In this document: positions 49,834 to 64,000 of the stretch, piece by piece
How the letters are laid out: every line of letters starts with the position of its first letter
Position numbering within the stretch: position 1 is the stretch's first letter
DNA from: Amphiscolops sp. MND2022
Taxonomy: Eukaryota
DNA length: 64,000 nt
Reading direction: 5' to 3'
Assembly (NCBI GenBank): GCA_964187785.1
Contig: OZ076409.1
Coordinates: forward strand, 92,382,001-92,446,000
The notes under the pieces: generated by a model
Database searches by the model: none
What the model saw: only the letters and a program-made list of their open reading frames with translations
What the model was told of the DNA's origin: nothing
Program-made: the position numbers and the translations under genes

Positions 49834-51055
49834 GTGATATAGAAGAATTTGCATTCATTGACTTTCAGCTACTCCGATCCGTTGCAAAGTTTCAACAGCT
49901 TCATCATTCAAAGCTCACTGCAGAACGGAGCGACCAATCACATTTGAGAATTCAATTCGGTTCTGCTATAAATTGTTCGGGCATTATTATCGAGCGGCTA
50001 TACTCCGCCGAATAGCAATCGTCGTCTATGAAGGCATAGCAGCCGATGCGAACACATTCGCATTCACGTATCAGGACGTAAATATGTCTCATCATGTACG
50101 ACATTCCTTGTCTCCGACCCCAAATAAAAGAAACCCGCCAAGTTGAGAGTTCCCTCGCTGGGTACCAGGATGGTTGCCAATAGATTGAGTGGTTCTACGA
50201 CAAAACATGTTTTGTAATGTAAGAACTGAAGATTTCACACTGAGGTATGTACCTGTATTTGTACATGTACTGAGGTATGTATGTACTTGTATCTATTGAC
50301 AGTATTGAACAGCAGAGTGCTGTGGAATGTACGTAACTACTGACTGAAAACAATATGAATAATACCAGAATCGCCAACTAGTTGGCAAAATGTTTCGATG
50401 ATTTGCTAGAGAAAGAATGATTTGGAAATGAACACAAATTTTAGAACATTTTCGGAAAGTAATTCACCCAAAAAAATAAGTTCTGTTGATAACGTCTAAT
50501 TTTGAACATCTGTTGAGTTCAGTAAAGACCTCCCTATATTCTTCGTCATTGGCCATCAACTTTTACTTTTCAAAAATCTACTTTCATGTCTTAACTTGTT
50601 TGCGAGGATCATTCCTGGAACCACGTTTCTAAAGTGGCAGTTGATGAGTTTTATCGAGAAAATATCACTCCCGCACAAAACTTCTGCCAAATCGCCACGA
50701 TCTCCATAAATAGTCAAGTAACTAAAATAGTCAAGTAGTGGAAATCGGGTTAAACCATCATTAGATTTCATGAGGCAAATGAGAAAATGAGTCATCAAGT
50801 CCTTCATTCCTAGCTCAGTTGTATGTGGTATAATGCAGAAAACAATGCGATTGGCGGAGAAAAAAGAATAAGAAGAACAAGGCGGAAAATATCCCCGTGC
50901 TTAGCGGGCGCATTGTATCAGATAGAAGCTCAGTTCAATAAAAAAGGGTTCCTGGTTTTGAATCCAGTTGCATTAAACTCGACAGTACACCAAAAAAATT
51001 GAAAACTGCTAAAAATTTGGTAACATTTTTGCAAAGCCTGTTTTCTACAGGAATA

Positions 51056-51493
51056 GGCTCTTTTCTGTCCCCCCCCCACTCTGCCCCCCCCCACCACCAC
51101 CAAATTTTTTTTTTTGAAGAATTAGTGAAAATCTAATAACAAAAAGACTTAAATACAAATCTGAAAGCTTCAAATTTACATTTATTCTTAGTGTGACAGT
51201 TTAGGATTCAGATACAAACTTTGTTCACATTTTTTCAATATGTAGTCACGCATTTTTGATGAAGAAATCAACAGCTTCCTGTTTTGAGTAATCAATAAAC
51301 ACTTAATGCGAACATAATTATAGTCAAAAAGCGTGAACAATGTTTTGTTCAAGCAAAAAAAAATCCATTAGACGTTCCAATAGACGTTATCTTCCCATTA
51401 TGAAAGAAGATTTTAATTTTAATTAGGGAAGTCTAAAGTTTTTAAGGAAATTTACTTCCAAAAATTTTGGTGGTGGGGGAACAAAAAAGAGCC
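51056..51493. mobile_element. MITE with GG..CC ends and 8-bp TSD (possibly Merlin-like)
   Basis: GGCTCTTTTCTGTCCCCC / GGGGGAACAAAAAAGAGCC; TSD CAGGAATA/CAAGAATA. Confidence 0.65.
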
Positions 51494-53013
51494 CAAGAAT
51501 AATAGCCGCTGCTCAAATCGGTTTTCTGTCCCTGAAAACTCTTTTTCTAAGCTTTAAAATGCACTCCAATTAGGCTGAGTTGACGCCAGTGGTTGGGGTG
51601 AGAGCGCCACCCCTGATTTGCGGGACATTTCAGAAGCCGGTCGTACTAATAGCTGAAGCCTCATTGGAAAAATTTCCATGCGTATTTGAAATGTATTTTT
51701 TGCAAAATTTTATTGACACAAATAACAACTTAGCCATGGCCCATCAAGGGCAAAAAATGACATGTCTGAAAAAATCGAATTCGGCAAAATTTGTGTTATG
51801 AGTTTTAACTACTGTGTCATGAATATCATTTCGGTTTGGGTTTTTGGTTTCAAGGGTTTCCTTAATGACCCATTAAGGACGCTTTTCGGCACCGCGTATC
51901 CTGAAGGCGCTAGATAGGTAAGAGTTTCGGGCATTTCTACTTGAATCGATCGATTTAGGAGCAAAAAATTGAGATTTTTATATTTTAGATACACTTTCTA
52001 AGGGAAAGAGGTCAGCTGCCCAGTGCCATTCATCATAATGACCGCTCTATATGTATTTGTTTTTATCAGTGTCTTAGTAAAGCGAATGCAATAGTCTGTC
52101 AATTTTTTTCTTCACTCAAAACGACTACTGAAACCGTAATCTTGGGGTGTGATAAATCAATAACAAATAAAGAATCCCAGATAAAAAATCAGAGGGACAT
52201 GTAAAATGGTACGAAATAGTGTAACAGTTAATAAAGTTATCAAACAAGTTATTAAACAAAATGAAAGAAGCTAGAGAAGCGTAATACAAAATATATTCCA
52301 GGAATCTAGAAGGATATTTAGGGATATAAGGATATCTAGAAAGAAATGTTTCCAGAAATTCTTCGTCGTCAATTCAATACAACTGAGAGAAGTCTCTAAA
52401 AATCAGCTCTGTGAAAATTGTGGAAATCAATCGCAATAACGAAGTTAGAGGGGAAATTTCAAACGACGAGAATTCACTGATTTTAAAAATAATTTCTCTT
52501 CAAACTCAAAAAGCTGCTCAATTGATAGCTTTTGTTAAAAAACGGATGAAATGAAAGTAGATAAAAAATTAATTTCTTTACCGTTGCGCTCAGCGCACTA
52601 TTTTTTGACAGACCAAACTGCAAATAACGAAAGCCACGAATGCAAACCGCTAATCAACTACTGTTTGCTTTTGTAGGGTAGTATAGCTGAAACTATTTTG
52701 GAAACTGTTGAGAAGACTCCAAGGAGAATAAAACGCACTTTCTTCCAGTAAGTTTTTCACATTTCAATTGAGAGAGATTTTTTACACCATGTTTGCTTTT
52801 CATGTTTCCATGAGTACTGTGTAGCTAGCAAATTAGTGGAACCACCAATTAACAACATTTTGTTGGAACGGCAAAGAATGTCTTTTCCCGAACAAAAACC
52901 TTCATTTCTTTGTTCAGTTGTCAGAAAGGCTGAAAAACCACCTGAAAAAAACCTTTTAAAAGCCCGGAGTCCGTTGGAAAACCTCAACCTCGCATCGATT
53001 TATATGAAATGTT

Positions 53014-56000
53014 TGTTATACGGTTCATCCGTTAGATTGACCTTTACCGCACTTCGGTTTACGCACATAGGCTAAAGTTACGAGTTGTCGGTAAACAAAT
53101 TCAGAAAACAGTCTATATTACATAAATACATTACAGCGATTTGATATTATACAAAACAGTTGCTAGAACACAAAACTTACATTTTATACTCTTTTCATAC
53201 CATAGTCCTTAAAACATGGCGCAGTCAGTCAATTTTTAAAATTGAACAAAAAAACTTATGGCTGAGAAAGATATAGTACCGAACCTAGAAGCAAAGGCTT
53301 CAGACGGAAACGCGGTGTTCACACCGAGACAGTGATTAGAACGATTCCGGCAGTTCACGAAACAGGAACAAAAAATAGACATCACACCACTAATAAAAGG
53401 GGACGAAGTCACCGAATCCGGATGGTCCGGAAAAGAAAAACTCATCCAAGAAGATTTCATTTCGGGAGTAGGACCGGAAGCCCTAAATCAAATAACCCGG
53501 GCCGAATATAAAACGGAACCGGACAGCATCAAAATCAAAGACCTAATACGGTTATTCACCGAGTACTACTTACCAAAACGCAAAACTTACCTCAACCGCG
53601 GAAATTTTTTTCTGGGCCAAACAAACGGAAGAAGAATCACCCGAAGAATTCTGGAGGAGATTAATCGAAATCGAAAAGGATTGCAACTTCAACACAATGT
53701 CGACCGAAGAACTACTGATATCCAAAATTATGACCGCAATCACAGACAAAAAATTGCGAGACAAGTTGATGAAAAAAACACTAAAACTGAGAAAGACGAT
53801 CTAGCTGATCAATTAGAACACCTACTAGAAGAAGAACAAGAAAAACACAATACCGGAGGCACTATATTCGGCAAAAGAAAAACATACGATAAAAGAAGAA
53901 CCGATACAAAGAATGGAAAGATTTGGCGCACGGCCGAAAACTAGACCAACAAGAAACAGACCATGCAGATTCCGCGGAGCATCGAATGGGATACCACTAC
54001 ACAAATGCCCAACAATAGAAACAAATTGCAACAAATGCGGGAAAAAGAGGACACTATGCGAATGTTTGCAGACAAAAAAAACATAAACAACCGAACAGTG
54101 AAAAGACTAGTCGAAAAACAGCCGTTTGACCGAAGCCAAACATCAAGCGAATTGAACGAAAGCATCCACCATATAAAAGAAATATAGAAAATTTTAGAGA
54201 AAACAAACACTACAGGGCAACAGCAAAGATAAACGGAAAAAAGAAAGAATTCATAATCGACACCGGATCACTGATAACAATAATGCCACCGGACGAAGAA
54301 ATTCTGAAATCCACCGGAGTACAGAAAATTACAAGGAAACTCCAAGACGTAAATTAAAACGAGAAAAAAGTCCGGGGAAAAATTCCAGTGAATCTAGATT
54401 ACCAAAATAACAAACAGAAAATGGAAATTCTGATTACCAAAAGAACAGCCAAAACACCTCTACTCGGAATGGGGAAATTCAGATTAACAATCGGTAGACA
54501 ACAATTGGCCTAAAACAACCAATCGGAATGCGACAAACTGTTGAATAAATTTCCAGACCTTTTTGTAACAATAAAAGATACCGAGATCAACATTTAACTG
54601 AAACCGGGACGTTCCCGAATGAAACAAAATACTAAACCGGCACCTCTACATCGACAAGAAGATGTGGGACGCCAACTAGAGAAGCTGATAAAATCCGTAC
54701 ACCTAAAAAAGATAAACGACATGGATGAAGATTGTTTTGTATCGCCGGTGGTAATAACAGTAAAATGTGATAAATCGGTAAAACTAGCACTGGAGTTACA
54801 AAAACTAAACGATAGCTGCATCAAAATGAGACAACACATGCCAAATATGGGGGAGTTACTAAACCAAGATTCGGTGAAAATTACCCGCGACCGAACAGTA
54901 CAATTATTCATATCGAAAACAGACTTAGATTACCCAAACGGTCAGATGAAATTATCCGAAGAAACGATTCGACAATGCGTATTCGCAACAACCGGTTGAA
55001 AATTCAGCGGATACTACCGATTCAAAAAGCGATTTTACGGTCTTGTCGATATACCCACAATATTTCAAGAAAAAATTGACCGGGCACTCGAATATAGTAC
55101 TTCGGCATTGTTAGATTACATAATTGTTGTCAGCGAAGTAAACAGGATCACGAAAGAAAATTTATCGATATTGAAAAAACTGAAGAACAAACTGAACAAA
55201 CTGGAGAAAGCAGGGTACCGAGCAAAAAGAAGGAAATACGAATTCTTCATGAGCCAAACAATATGGTCGGGACATGAAATTGATGAAAACGGAATCAAAC
55301 TGTACGAAGAAAAAGTGGAAGCGATATTACAACTAAAACCACCGGAAAACACAAAAGAACTGAAATCATTCCTCGGGGCGATACAATACATAGCAAAATT
55401 TCCACCGAAACTTTCGGAACGGACTGACTGAGAAAATTGCTAACGGTGAATGAACCATGGATATGAGAACAACAGCGAAAAGATTTCAAAAAAACAGATG
55501 TTAACCGAAGGACCAAGTCTAGCACACTACGCGAAAGACAAAGAAAATATAGCAACAACGGAAGCTAGTGCAACCGCACTTGGCAGACATAAGACGACGG
55601 GAATACAAACCGATAGCATTCGGAAGCAGATACCTAAACGAAACAGAAAAGACGTATTCTATCGGTGTAATAGAATTACTAGCAGTTTTATGGGGATTGC
55701 AGAAATTTCGATTCTATCTCTACGGAAAGAGAGTACATCTATAAACGGATCATCAAGCATGGAACCATTGTTTAAACGAAGCCGGTGTAATAAACAATAC
55801 AGCGCAAGATTAACACGGTGGTGAGACCGATTAACACATTTTGATGTACCATTACAACATATTGCCGGATGTAACTTGAAATTCACAGGTTAACTTAGAA
55901 GAAATCCGGTAGGGGGAGTCATGCCGGAAGAAAAGTACAATGAAGCTTACGTAATTAACATTTTGACCGAACCAGCTGAATTGAATTTGAAATAAGGATC

Positions 56001-58584
56001 ACTATTCGCCGACAAATCAAAACGCACCGAAAGCAAAACGGAATTACATAACAACGAGACCGAGACACAAAATGAGCAATAAAAGAAACAATCACAAACG
56101 AATATGATATTCGAGAACGTATACAACGTGAAAAAACGAAAAGAGTGAAACAACTACATCAGGGCAGTCCGATTTTAGCACTCCAAATTCCAGTCGCAAA
56201 CCAACAATTCAAAAAAACGAGAAAATAGATCACGAAAAGTTCTACCATTGGGAAGCAACCCGTGATATTATGGAAATAATTAGACGCCGAAACATCAGCC
56301 CCGAACGAGAAGGTTGGTGGAGCAAAGAAACGCTTTATCGAGACCGGTTACACAGACACGCCGATACGACCACCAAAGCCACAGAACAGTTTTCGCGCCA
56401 TCCCGACCGAACAAAAGAAGCCGGGAAGAAATAGCCGAAATCGATGCGGAGCTCATGAGAAGACCAAACAGGCTGGGTGGTGGATACCAATCAATCCAGG
56501 ACGAGCCCGATGAGAATCCGGAAGAAGGAGAAGTCGACCAAGGAACGGAAGATACGGAAGAAGATAGCATCATAATTCGAGGAGATAATTTGACACTAGT
56601 TGACTGAAGCAAGTACTACGCAGACGACAATGAGGCAAAATATATTCAAATCAACCACACCGTCGGAAACCTGACGACAAACAAAAAAGATTACCGAAGA
56701 AAACATAAAGAAGGCGGATTTCGAATTTATGTTGGATTTGAAGGCACTAATTTCGAGAACGGCGATAGACCCGGAAATTACACGCGACAGAAGTAGCATG
56801 CGACGAGAAGACCGAGAAACCGCACCAGACGGATACAAGCAGGTTTACGAAAAACTGTTAATCTGATGGGGCCTTGTGTTCGTCGATGACCAAATAGCGA
56901 TACCAATGGACCTCACAAGACAGCTATTGGATATTTTAAATTTCGACCATTTCGGAACAACAAAAATGGAAACCGAAGCCAAGATATTCTGGTGGCCGGA
57001 GAAAAAGAATGACATCGAGACTAAAGTCAAAGACTGTACGGCATGCCTCGCATCAGGTAAAAGTTCAAAATATCAATTACTGAAAAAACACTACGGAAGT
57101 TTAGAAAAACTAACCGAGCGCGGACAAGAAATACAAATTGATTTTACGGGGAAATTACAAAACGAAAATATTCTCGGAGACGTACAAATACTAATAGCCG
57201 TGGACAGATTTAGCAAACCGCCAACCGTAAAAATTTGTAACATTTCGGAAACAAAAGAAGTGACACAGATTTTTTCAAGTAAATTCATTTTATACGGAAT
57301 ACTGGAAAACATCAGATCCGATGAAGGGAACGCCTTTATCACAAACGTTATTCGGGAGTTTTGCAAAAACCGAATATGGAAGTTGAAAATTGTACAACTC
57401 GAATACATACGGGAAACGGAACGGTAGAAAGAGCGATACAAAAACTAAAAAATTCGGTAAAAGCAAGTATGGATGACGGAAACAGTCTTACCGAAAGTGT
57501 AAACCAAGCACTACGAGTAATGCGAATCACCGTAGACACGGGACTAAAGAAAACACCATTTGAACTACACCACGAAAGAAAATCAAGAATCGAATTAACA
57601 AATTTTGTTTAAGACGGTAAAAGGTATTAATCTGATTGGTCAGAAATTTCTATTTCAGCACCAATAAGGCCAAAGATATCAATTTGTTTGAGCCGAGATG
57701 CGGACGGCGAAATTACGAAACACATCGAATCAGCCGACGAGAAACAGCAATCGGAAAGTCCAAAATCACTGAAAAACAAAAATTCGGTTAGCTACCCTTT
57801 CAACTTTGTAGGGGGCTTACACGGAAAGTATGGCCGTTGGGACAAAATCCTACGGGACATACTCAACGGCAAACTAGAAATTGTACAGAACCGGAGAAAT
57901 ACGGACACCGACACCGAGGAAGAAGACGATGATGATGAAGAAGAAATGCCGGAAGCAACTGGAAAACAGACATACGACGCTTCCGAACGAAACGGCAAAT
58001 ACATTCCGAAACAGACAAATCCGGAAGATGACGCGATACAAATACATACCGACGGGGAAATATCGGGTGAGAATACTTAAACTATAATTCGGCGCTCAAA
58101 CCGAAACGTACATAAACCGAATAGATACGGTAGCATACTATATACAGAAAAATTCTGGGGCTAAAAAAATACGAAATATGAATAAACAAAATGATGTTTG
58201 TTACAAAATGATGTTTGTTACAGGAACCGACGTAAACGGACTCCACAACCGGAGACTATTCAGATGCCGGCAGACTTCTTTCCAAGTGATCTGGAAATGA
58301 CGCCACAGGGGCCACCCTGCACATCAGCGTCAAAAACCCTCTTCGACCGGTCCGAAAAAGGAGACAGAGGAGGAAATGTTATACAGTTCATCCGTTAGAT
58401 TGGCCTCTACCGCACTTCGGTTTACGCACATAGACTTATAGTTACGAGTTGTTAGTAAACAAACTCAGAAAACAATCTATATTACATAAATACATTAGAG
58501 CGATTTGATATTATACAATACAGTTGCTAGAATACAAACCTTACATTTTTTACTCTTTTTATACCATAGTCCTAGAATACAACA
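53014..58584 (+). mobile_element. Ty3/Gypsy LTR retrotransposon, full-length and degenerate
   Basis: LTRs 53014-53216 and 58377-58584 (TG...CA, roughly 90% identical); TSD ATGTT on both sides; PBS TGGCGCAGTC (tRNA-Ser-like); PPT about 58355-58376; remnants of CNKCGKRGHYANVC, FIIDTGS, RT (FVSPVV..., ELKSFLGAIQY) and integrase (IQIDF, IAVDRFSK), with many stops and frameshifts. Confidence 0.93.
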
Positions 58585-58801
58585 ATGTTGACAAACAGGA
58601 CTCCTCAGGACAGTGAGGGAAATGCGAGACGAGATTCAGTTAAAATCTATTATGCTTACTTTTTCAAAAAGTTGGGTGAGAACTTTCTGCCATCCCGAGT
58701 TCACACTTGCATGAAGCAGTTTCACTTTTACTGGAAACTTTCACTTTTATTAAAAATGGAGATGGATGAATTTTGAAGTTGTTTGTTTCTTTCTTCACTG
58801 T

Positions 58802-59148
58802 TTTTAGTCGGCGCGTTTTGATTAAGGAGAAGTGCCCGACTTTTATTTTTGCAATTTTTTGCATCAAAGGGTGTCTCCTCGTAAGTTTTTTAAACCTCGT
58901 AAGTTTCAAGTACTTGCAGTTAACCACTTTCTCTTTTTTTCAGATACGGTCTTCGCTTTTTCGCCCTAAACCGGTTAGGTAAAATCTGAGTTTTGACTGT
59001 TGATTGTGACTGATTGTGACTGATTGTGGCTGACTGCCATGATTATTCATTGACTGCTCTTTTTCTTTCGGTTTCTTGGGTGTTTCAAGTTAGGAAATTG
59101 TCTAGCACTTTTTGCCATGGCGCCGACTTAGGCCATTCCCAGCTTGTT
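58802..59148 (+). mobile_element. HINE-like copy
   Basis: Family termini; internal (TGATTGTGAC)n. A diverged minus-strand copy lies at about 59635-60198. Confidence 0.75.
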
Positions 59149-61509
59149 TTCTTGTTTCGATATGTTTGGGTTTGGCCAATTGATTATTAGTCTAATTTTT
59201 TTGACATACCCACAATGGAGGAAAACTTAGACCTGAAGGTTTTACTTGACAAATGAATTCATTTTAAAAGGAAATGTTATCTATCATTCAATGTAAAAGC
59301 TAGAGCATGAAGAATATCAAAACTTGATCCAATTTGAGCAGTCACCATAAAAGCTGAAAGTGTTCATACGTTTTAATGAGACGTAAAATGGAACACAAAA
59401 AGACACCTTTTTGGTAAAACAGTCCACAAACGGACAAAGGAATGAAAAACATAGTTGAATCGATTCTATGTGTGTCAATTTATTTGGCGTCAACAAAAAG
59501 GAACATTTGTCTCAAGAAAGATGATTACTGAACGTTTATTGAGCTAAAAGTTTGGGTTGAAAAGCTGCTAGCTAGGAGATAGGAAGAGCTAACTCAATGT
59601 TATAGCTCGTCAACGGTCTGCGGTTTTAATTAAAAACAAAGTTGGCGCCACGCTCAAGGCTGGAAAAAAATGTATTTTGAAGATGCAACAACAATTCTTG
59701 TAATAATTTTAGTCAGAGGATCCAACAATAGCCAACGGGGCACCCTTGACACTCGAAAATCGCTTTTCCCGTAACGAAGAATCAAGCAATTTCAAAAAAA
59801 CTTTGTCTTCCAAAAAAGTTGCTTAGTTGTAAAAACCCAACAAAAGATCCTTTAGGATCGCAAAACTATTTTCAAAAACCAGGTAAAATTTCAAAAAGTG
59901 AAGGGTTTATCATTCGATTAGATGAAAATTTCAATAAAAATTATCGCAGAGTGACGAAAAAGCTGAGAAAGGGGACCGTTTCATCTCAGTTACTTTTGCG
60001 GAAATAAAAAACTTTTCATCTCGGGATTCGAACTTACAAACTCTCCTACTCTCCAGCCCACTAAAGACTAGACCAAGTGGCTGGATCTTCGAGGTAGAAT
60101 CAAGTTAAAAGTAAAAAAAACTTCGAGAATTCTGTCAGTTCTCAGGTTCTTTCCTAAAAAAAACTACAACTATAGTTTTCTACGATAGCCCCGACTAAAA
60201 AATGTAATATTGAAAGAATATTCTTTTGGAGTTCAGATTGATTAATTGAAAAGAAATCGACATCACTGTTTGAATTAAAAATATATAAAATGCACTGCTA
60301 TTGTGTTTTAGTGGCTGTCACGGGAGTTTTTTTCATGAAAATTTTCAAACATTTATGGTTGTTGTTTCCAGCTAAAGACACTTCTCAACCTTCTTGCATC
60401 ATTTGTAGTACTGTGATTAAGAATTCATCATCATGGCGACTTTAGGTTCGAGTTCCTCGAAACCGGTCAAAAATTTCGAAAAGCAACAGCAATAAAATTT
60501 CTTAGAATTTGATCTTGTTAATATAGTATGTTTTAAAAATTTCTCAGTAAAAATCGGAATTATCGCTTTATTTCTCTGTACCGCGATTAATGCCGGTGTG
60601 ATGAACGAGTCGTTTTTAAGCTAGATGCCTTTTAAGTATGGCTGGTTTCTTTCTGTCATTGTTCTCACAACTAGGCTGTTGGCGCATGGCACCATAATGA
60701 TCGCTTTAATACCATAATAATTTGTCCATTTAGTTTAGTGGATCAGTGTGCTTTCGAACCGGTCTGCGCGAGTTCGAATCTGTGACGGCGCTTCTTTTTG
60801 GTTTCTTGTTCCTTTTTTACTAACTGTATTATTGATCAAAACTTTTTTCTGACACTTAGTCATAATGCTCGTTTCTCATGTACACTTTTTACTGGTCATT
60901 GCTCACTTATGTAAACTTTTATAAACAACCCGTTGAGCTCTTCTTGTTGTTGTCCGTGTTGCTGCAAATACCTAATTTGCTAGTTAGCAACCAGCTGATA
61001 ACCAGTAACTCAATTCTCACTTCTTATATCATTTATTTTCCATTTCTACCGTCAATAAACGTTATCTAATACAGTCCTCTTGCCTTGGGCAAAGACTCAA
61101 ACCTTTAGAGGCTTGAACTCTATTCTTGAGTCCTCTCAATCTCTCTGGCTCGAAGTTTTTCTTGAGTTCCCCCGTTGTAGCGTGATAGCTACCCAGAAAC
61201 ATAAGTCGACGCCTTCCAGCAGGTGTATTGATTGGTATGAACTTTGATTCAGTTGTTCTAATTGAGCTTCCAATATCTTTTGTATGTCTACTTCGATTCC
61301 ATTCACGGCGTAGTTTAATTCTAAAAGACGAATGATGTTTTTTTTTAAATTTCCAGATCGAGGCTCGGCGTTGGTTAGGATTTTAATTATTAATTCTGTT
61401 GATTGATTTATATGGAAGTCTGGAGACACTAATCATGATGTTCAATTCGTATATGCAGTCCAGTCCGTATGAACGCTGCAGCTCTTTCTTTGCTTCGGAA
61501 GTAGGTATT

Positions 61510-61883
61510 TTTAGTCAGCGCCTTTTCCCTTGAGGAAAAAGGCCGACTATTACTTTTGGTAGTTTTTTTTTGTTTTGTTTTTTAGTTCATTCGTTCAACA
61601 TTTTAGCCAAGAGATTTCAGTTCGGATATAACGTTTCAAAGTCCGGATGTAACGTTTTCAAAGTTCGGATAAAACCTTTTCAAAGTTCGGATATAACATT
61701 TCCAAAGTTCGGATATAACGTTTTCAAAGTTCGGATATAACGTTTTCATAGTTCGGATTTAACGTTTTCAAAGTTCTGATATAACCTTTTTATTTCTCGT
61801 ATAGCATTATCGATTTTCCCCAAACATGTCACAATTTGTTGAGCTTTAGATATGGCGCCGACTTGGGCCGTTGGCGGCTTGTT
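61510..61883 (+). mobile_element. HINE-like copy carrying a 22-bp minisatellite
   Basis: Family termini flanking the tandem array. Confidence 0.75.
61618..61788. repeat. Tandem repeat, about 22-bp unit x 8
   Basis: Unit AAAGTTCGGATATAACGTTTTC, head-to-tail with no spacers. Confidence 0.9.
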
Positions 61884-61991
61884 TGTACTAGGTCGGCTTC
61901 TAGACACTGGATTTCGTTTGCTTTCACTTGTATGTATTTCGTTTTGATCTTTTTATCTAAATTGTGTTTTGTGTTAACTGGAGTTGTTTTC

Positions 61992-62425
61992 TTTAGTCAG
62001 TGCATTTTCCTTGAAAGGAAAAATGCCCCACTCTTACAGTGACTTTTTTCTCCAGACCACAGACCTCACACTGATAGGTCCACATTTTAAGGAAACTACT
62101 AAAACTAATGATGCCAAATCCGGCCAGCGAAAACTTAGTGCAAAGGGTCCCCCTTTCAATTTTTGTTGGCACTATGAGACTTTTTTTGAAAACTTTTTTG
62201 TCTCCAAAGGGTCCCCCTTCGATTTTGTTGTTCCCCTTCGTAATATCCGAAGTGAAGCGCTATATCCGAACTTTTGACGTTCTATCCGAAATATATTACT
62301 TTGTTTAGGGAGGAGGCGGAGGTTTGAAAACAGGAGATTTTCATGAAAACGTCCTACGCATATTTTAAAAACGGCGTTTTTTGAGCCCTAGATACAGCGC
62401 CGACGTTAGACTTTCCTGTCTTGTT
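61992..62425 (+). mobile_element. HINE-like copy
   Basis: Family termini and core repeats. Confidence 0.75.
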
Positions 62426-62568
62426 TTGTTTTCATTAAACAGAATCCGGTTTGCGAACAGTTTTTGACTATAGTTTTCAGGACTGGTATTGTTAAATAGT
62501 CTTCGTCTTTGTCGGATTGTGAGTCTTCTACTATGAATTATTCTAACATTGATCTGCGCATACAAATA

Positions 62569-63454
62569 CGGGTTTCCCTCCCATACAAAAACAAGTCAAT
62601 CATACTCTGCCATCATACTCACAGTATGATTCCAGGCTGATCATATTCTGGACCATAAAGGTTTATGGTTTCATGCTGACCATACGCTGGACATATATGG
62701 TCCAGTCTATGATACATCATATTCTATAAAAAAGCTAATTTTATGCTTCAAGCCTGACCATTTTCTGGGCCATATATGGTTCAGTCTATAATCAGCCTGA
62801 AATAATATTAGGAACTTTGTCCTCTCCCCTAAACAATTCAAAACTTGGGGAAATGTTGAGAAAAAAGGTAGATTTGTGGCTACTTTGCAACCTAATTTAG
62901 TTTCATGAAAATTTTTTTGATAAGAAAACAGGTTTTAGAGTCATTCAGTGGCATCAACTACCATCATACTGGTAAACTTCTCTAAATTCGATTTAAGATT
63001 TCACTGCAGTACCAAACCCTTGGAGCTTATTGTGCTATACTTTTTTTGAGACCCGAAGGAGGCCACGTTCTTGGCGTGGGTCTCGTCAAGTGCGATACTA
63101 TGTATCTCACGAGCTGAGCACCTCCCTAAGAATACAGCATAAGGACTTCGGCAACAAATTTCTGTGCACTTTGTGCGCAGGTGGTTGACATGTCCGACAT
63201 TTATCTGATTATAATTGAACTTTTAGCATTTTATGATTTCAGGTTGTCCATGCTCTGGAGAATTTTGATTTCAGGCTGTCCATACTCTGGACCATATATG
63301 GTTCCATACTGGACCATAAAAGTTTATGGTTTCAGGCTGACCATACCATATATGATTCCAGGCCGATCATGGCAAGATCATAGGAAGGAAATTTGTATGA
63401 TTTGTATGGTGCCATAAGATGGTCAGATTATGATCAGCCTGGTCGGGAAACCCG
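62569..63454. mobile_element. TIR element with AGGCTGACCATA-type subterminal repeats
   Basis: Ends CGGGTTTCCC / GGGAAACCCG; repeat blocks at about 62630-62800 and 63240-63370; superfamily unclear. Confidence 0.55.
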
Positions 63455-64000
63455 GGGCATCCCCTCTTGAAATGTTATTTTTTTCCACAGTTTTTGCAAC
63501 TTTCTCGCCGATTCACGTGTGCCAGTTCTCAGTTTACGTTCGATCAAGTCATCTTCAATTATTTTGATGTTTTGTTCGAGCTTCTTGTCTGCTTTTTGTC
63601 GAATATTCTTCAAATCATAAACCCTAAACAATGATCTGAACTTTCCTACGATTAGATGTTTCGCCGTGATTGACTGGAAATAGCTTCTTCTCGATATTCC
63701 ATAGAATTTCCCCACGCTTTTCGCTTCAACCCGATTTTAGTTCTATTGGGTTGGTCATTTTTATCGAGCATGAAACTGTTTTTGAGAATTTCGTCTAGTC
63801 GTTCTACAATAATCCTGCTTATAGGTTCTTGACGTAGTTTTTGGGTCATTGAGTGTGTTGCTTTTTGTTTCATTCTCCACATCGAAAGTTTTTCTATTCT
63901 ATGGATAAATTTGTATACTTGTTGATCCGTCTACGTAGACGGTGATAGAGATGACTTGTGTTTCATCTTTGAAAAACTCAAAACTTGATACCAGGTACAA

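Noticed and set aside
61618..61788. CRISPR-like array
   Set aside because: The 22-bp units are contiguous with no unique spacers, lie inside a HINE copy, and the context is eukaryotic with no cas genes.

Overview
AT-rich, intron-containing metazoan genomic DNA, not prokaryotic; the species cannot be determined from the window. Five spliced genes were rebuilt by hand from splice sites and reading-frame phase: ALKBH8 (+, 7 exons), a Six4/5-class homeobox gene (-, 2 exons), an RPUSD4-like pseudouridine synthase (+, start unresolved), an unrecognised Ser-rich gene (+, 3 exons, one GC-AG intron) and AEBP2/jing (+). The rest is dense with transposons: a young but disabled full-length Copia element, an older Gypsy element, a LINE remnant, a tRNA-derived SINE family, an internally deleted Tc1/mariner element, many hAT/pogo/MULE/piggyBac-type MITEs, and an abundant Helentron-derived (HINE/DINE-1-like) family. 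The most notable observation is a hAT-type MITE that, together with its 8-bp target-site duplication, appears to form a whole GC-AG intron in the RPUSD4 coding sequence, i.e. a candidate intron-generating element. All calls come from manual reading; no searches or alignments were run.
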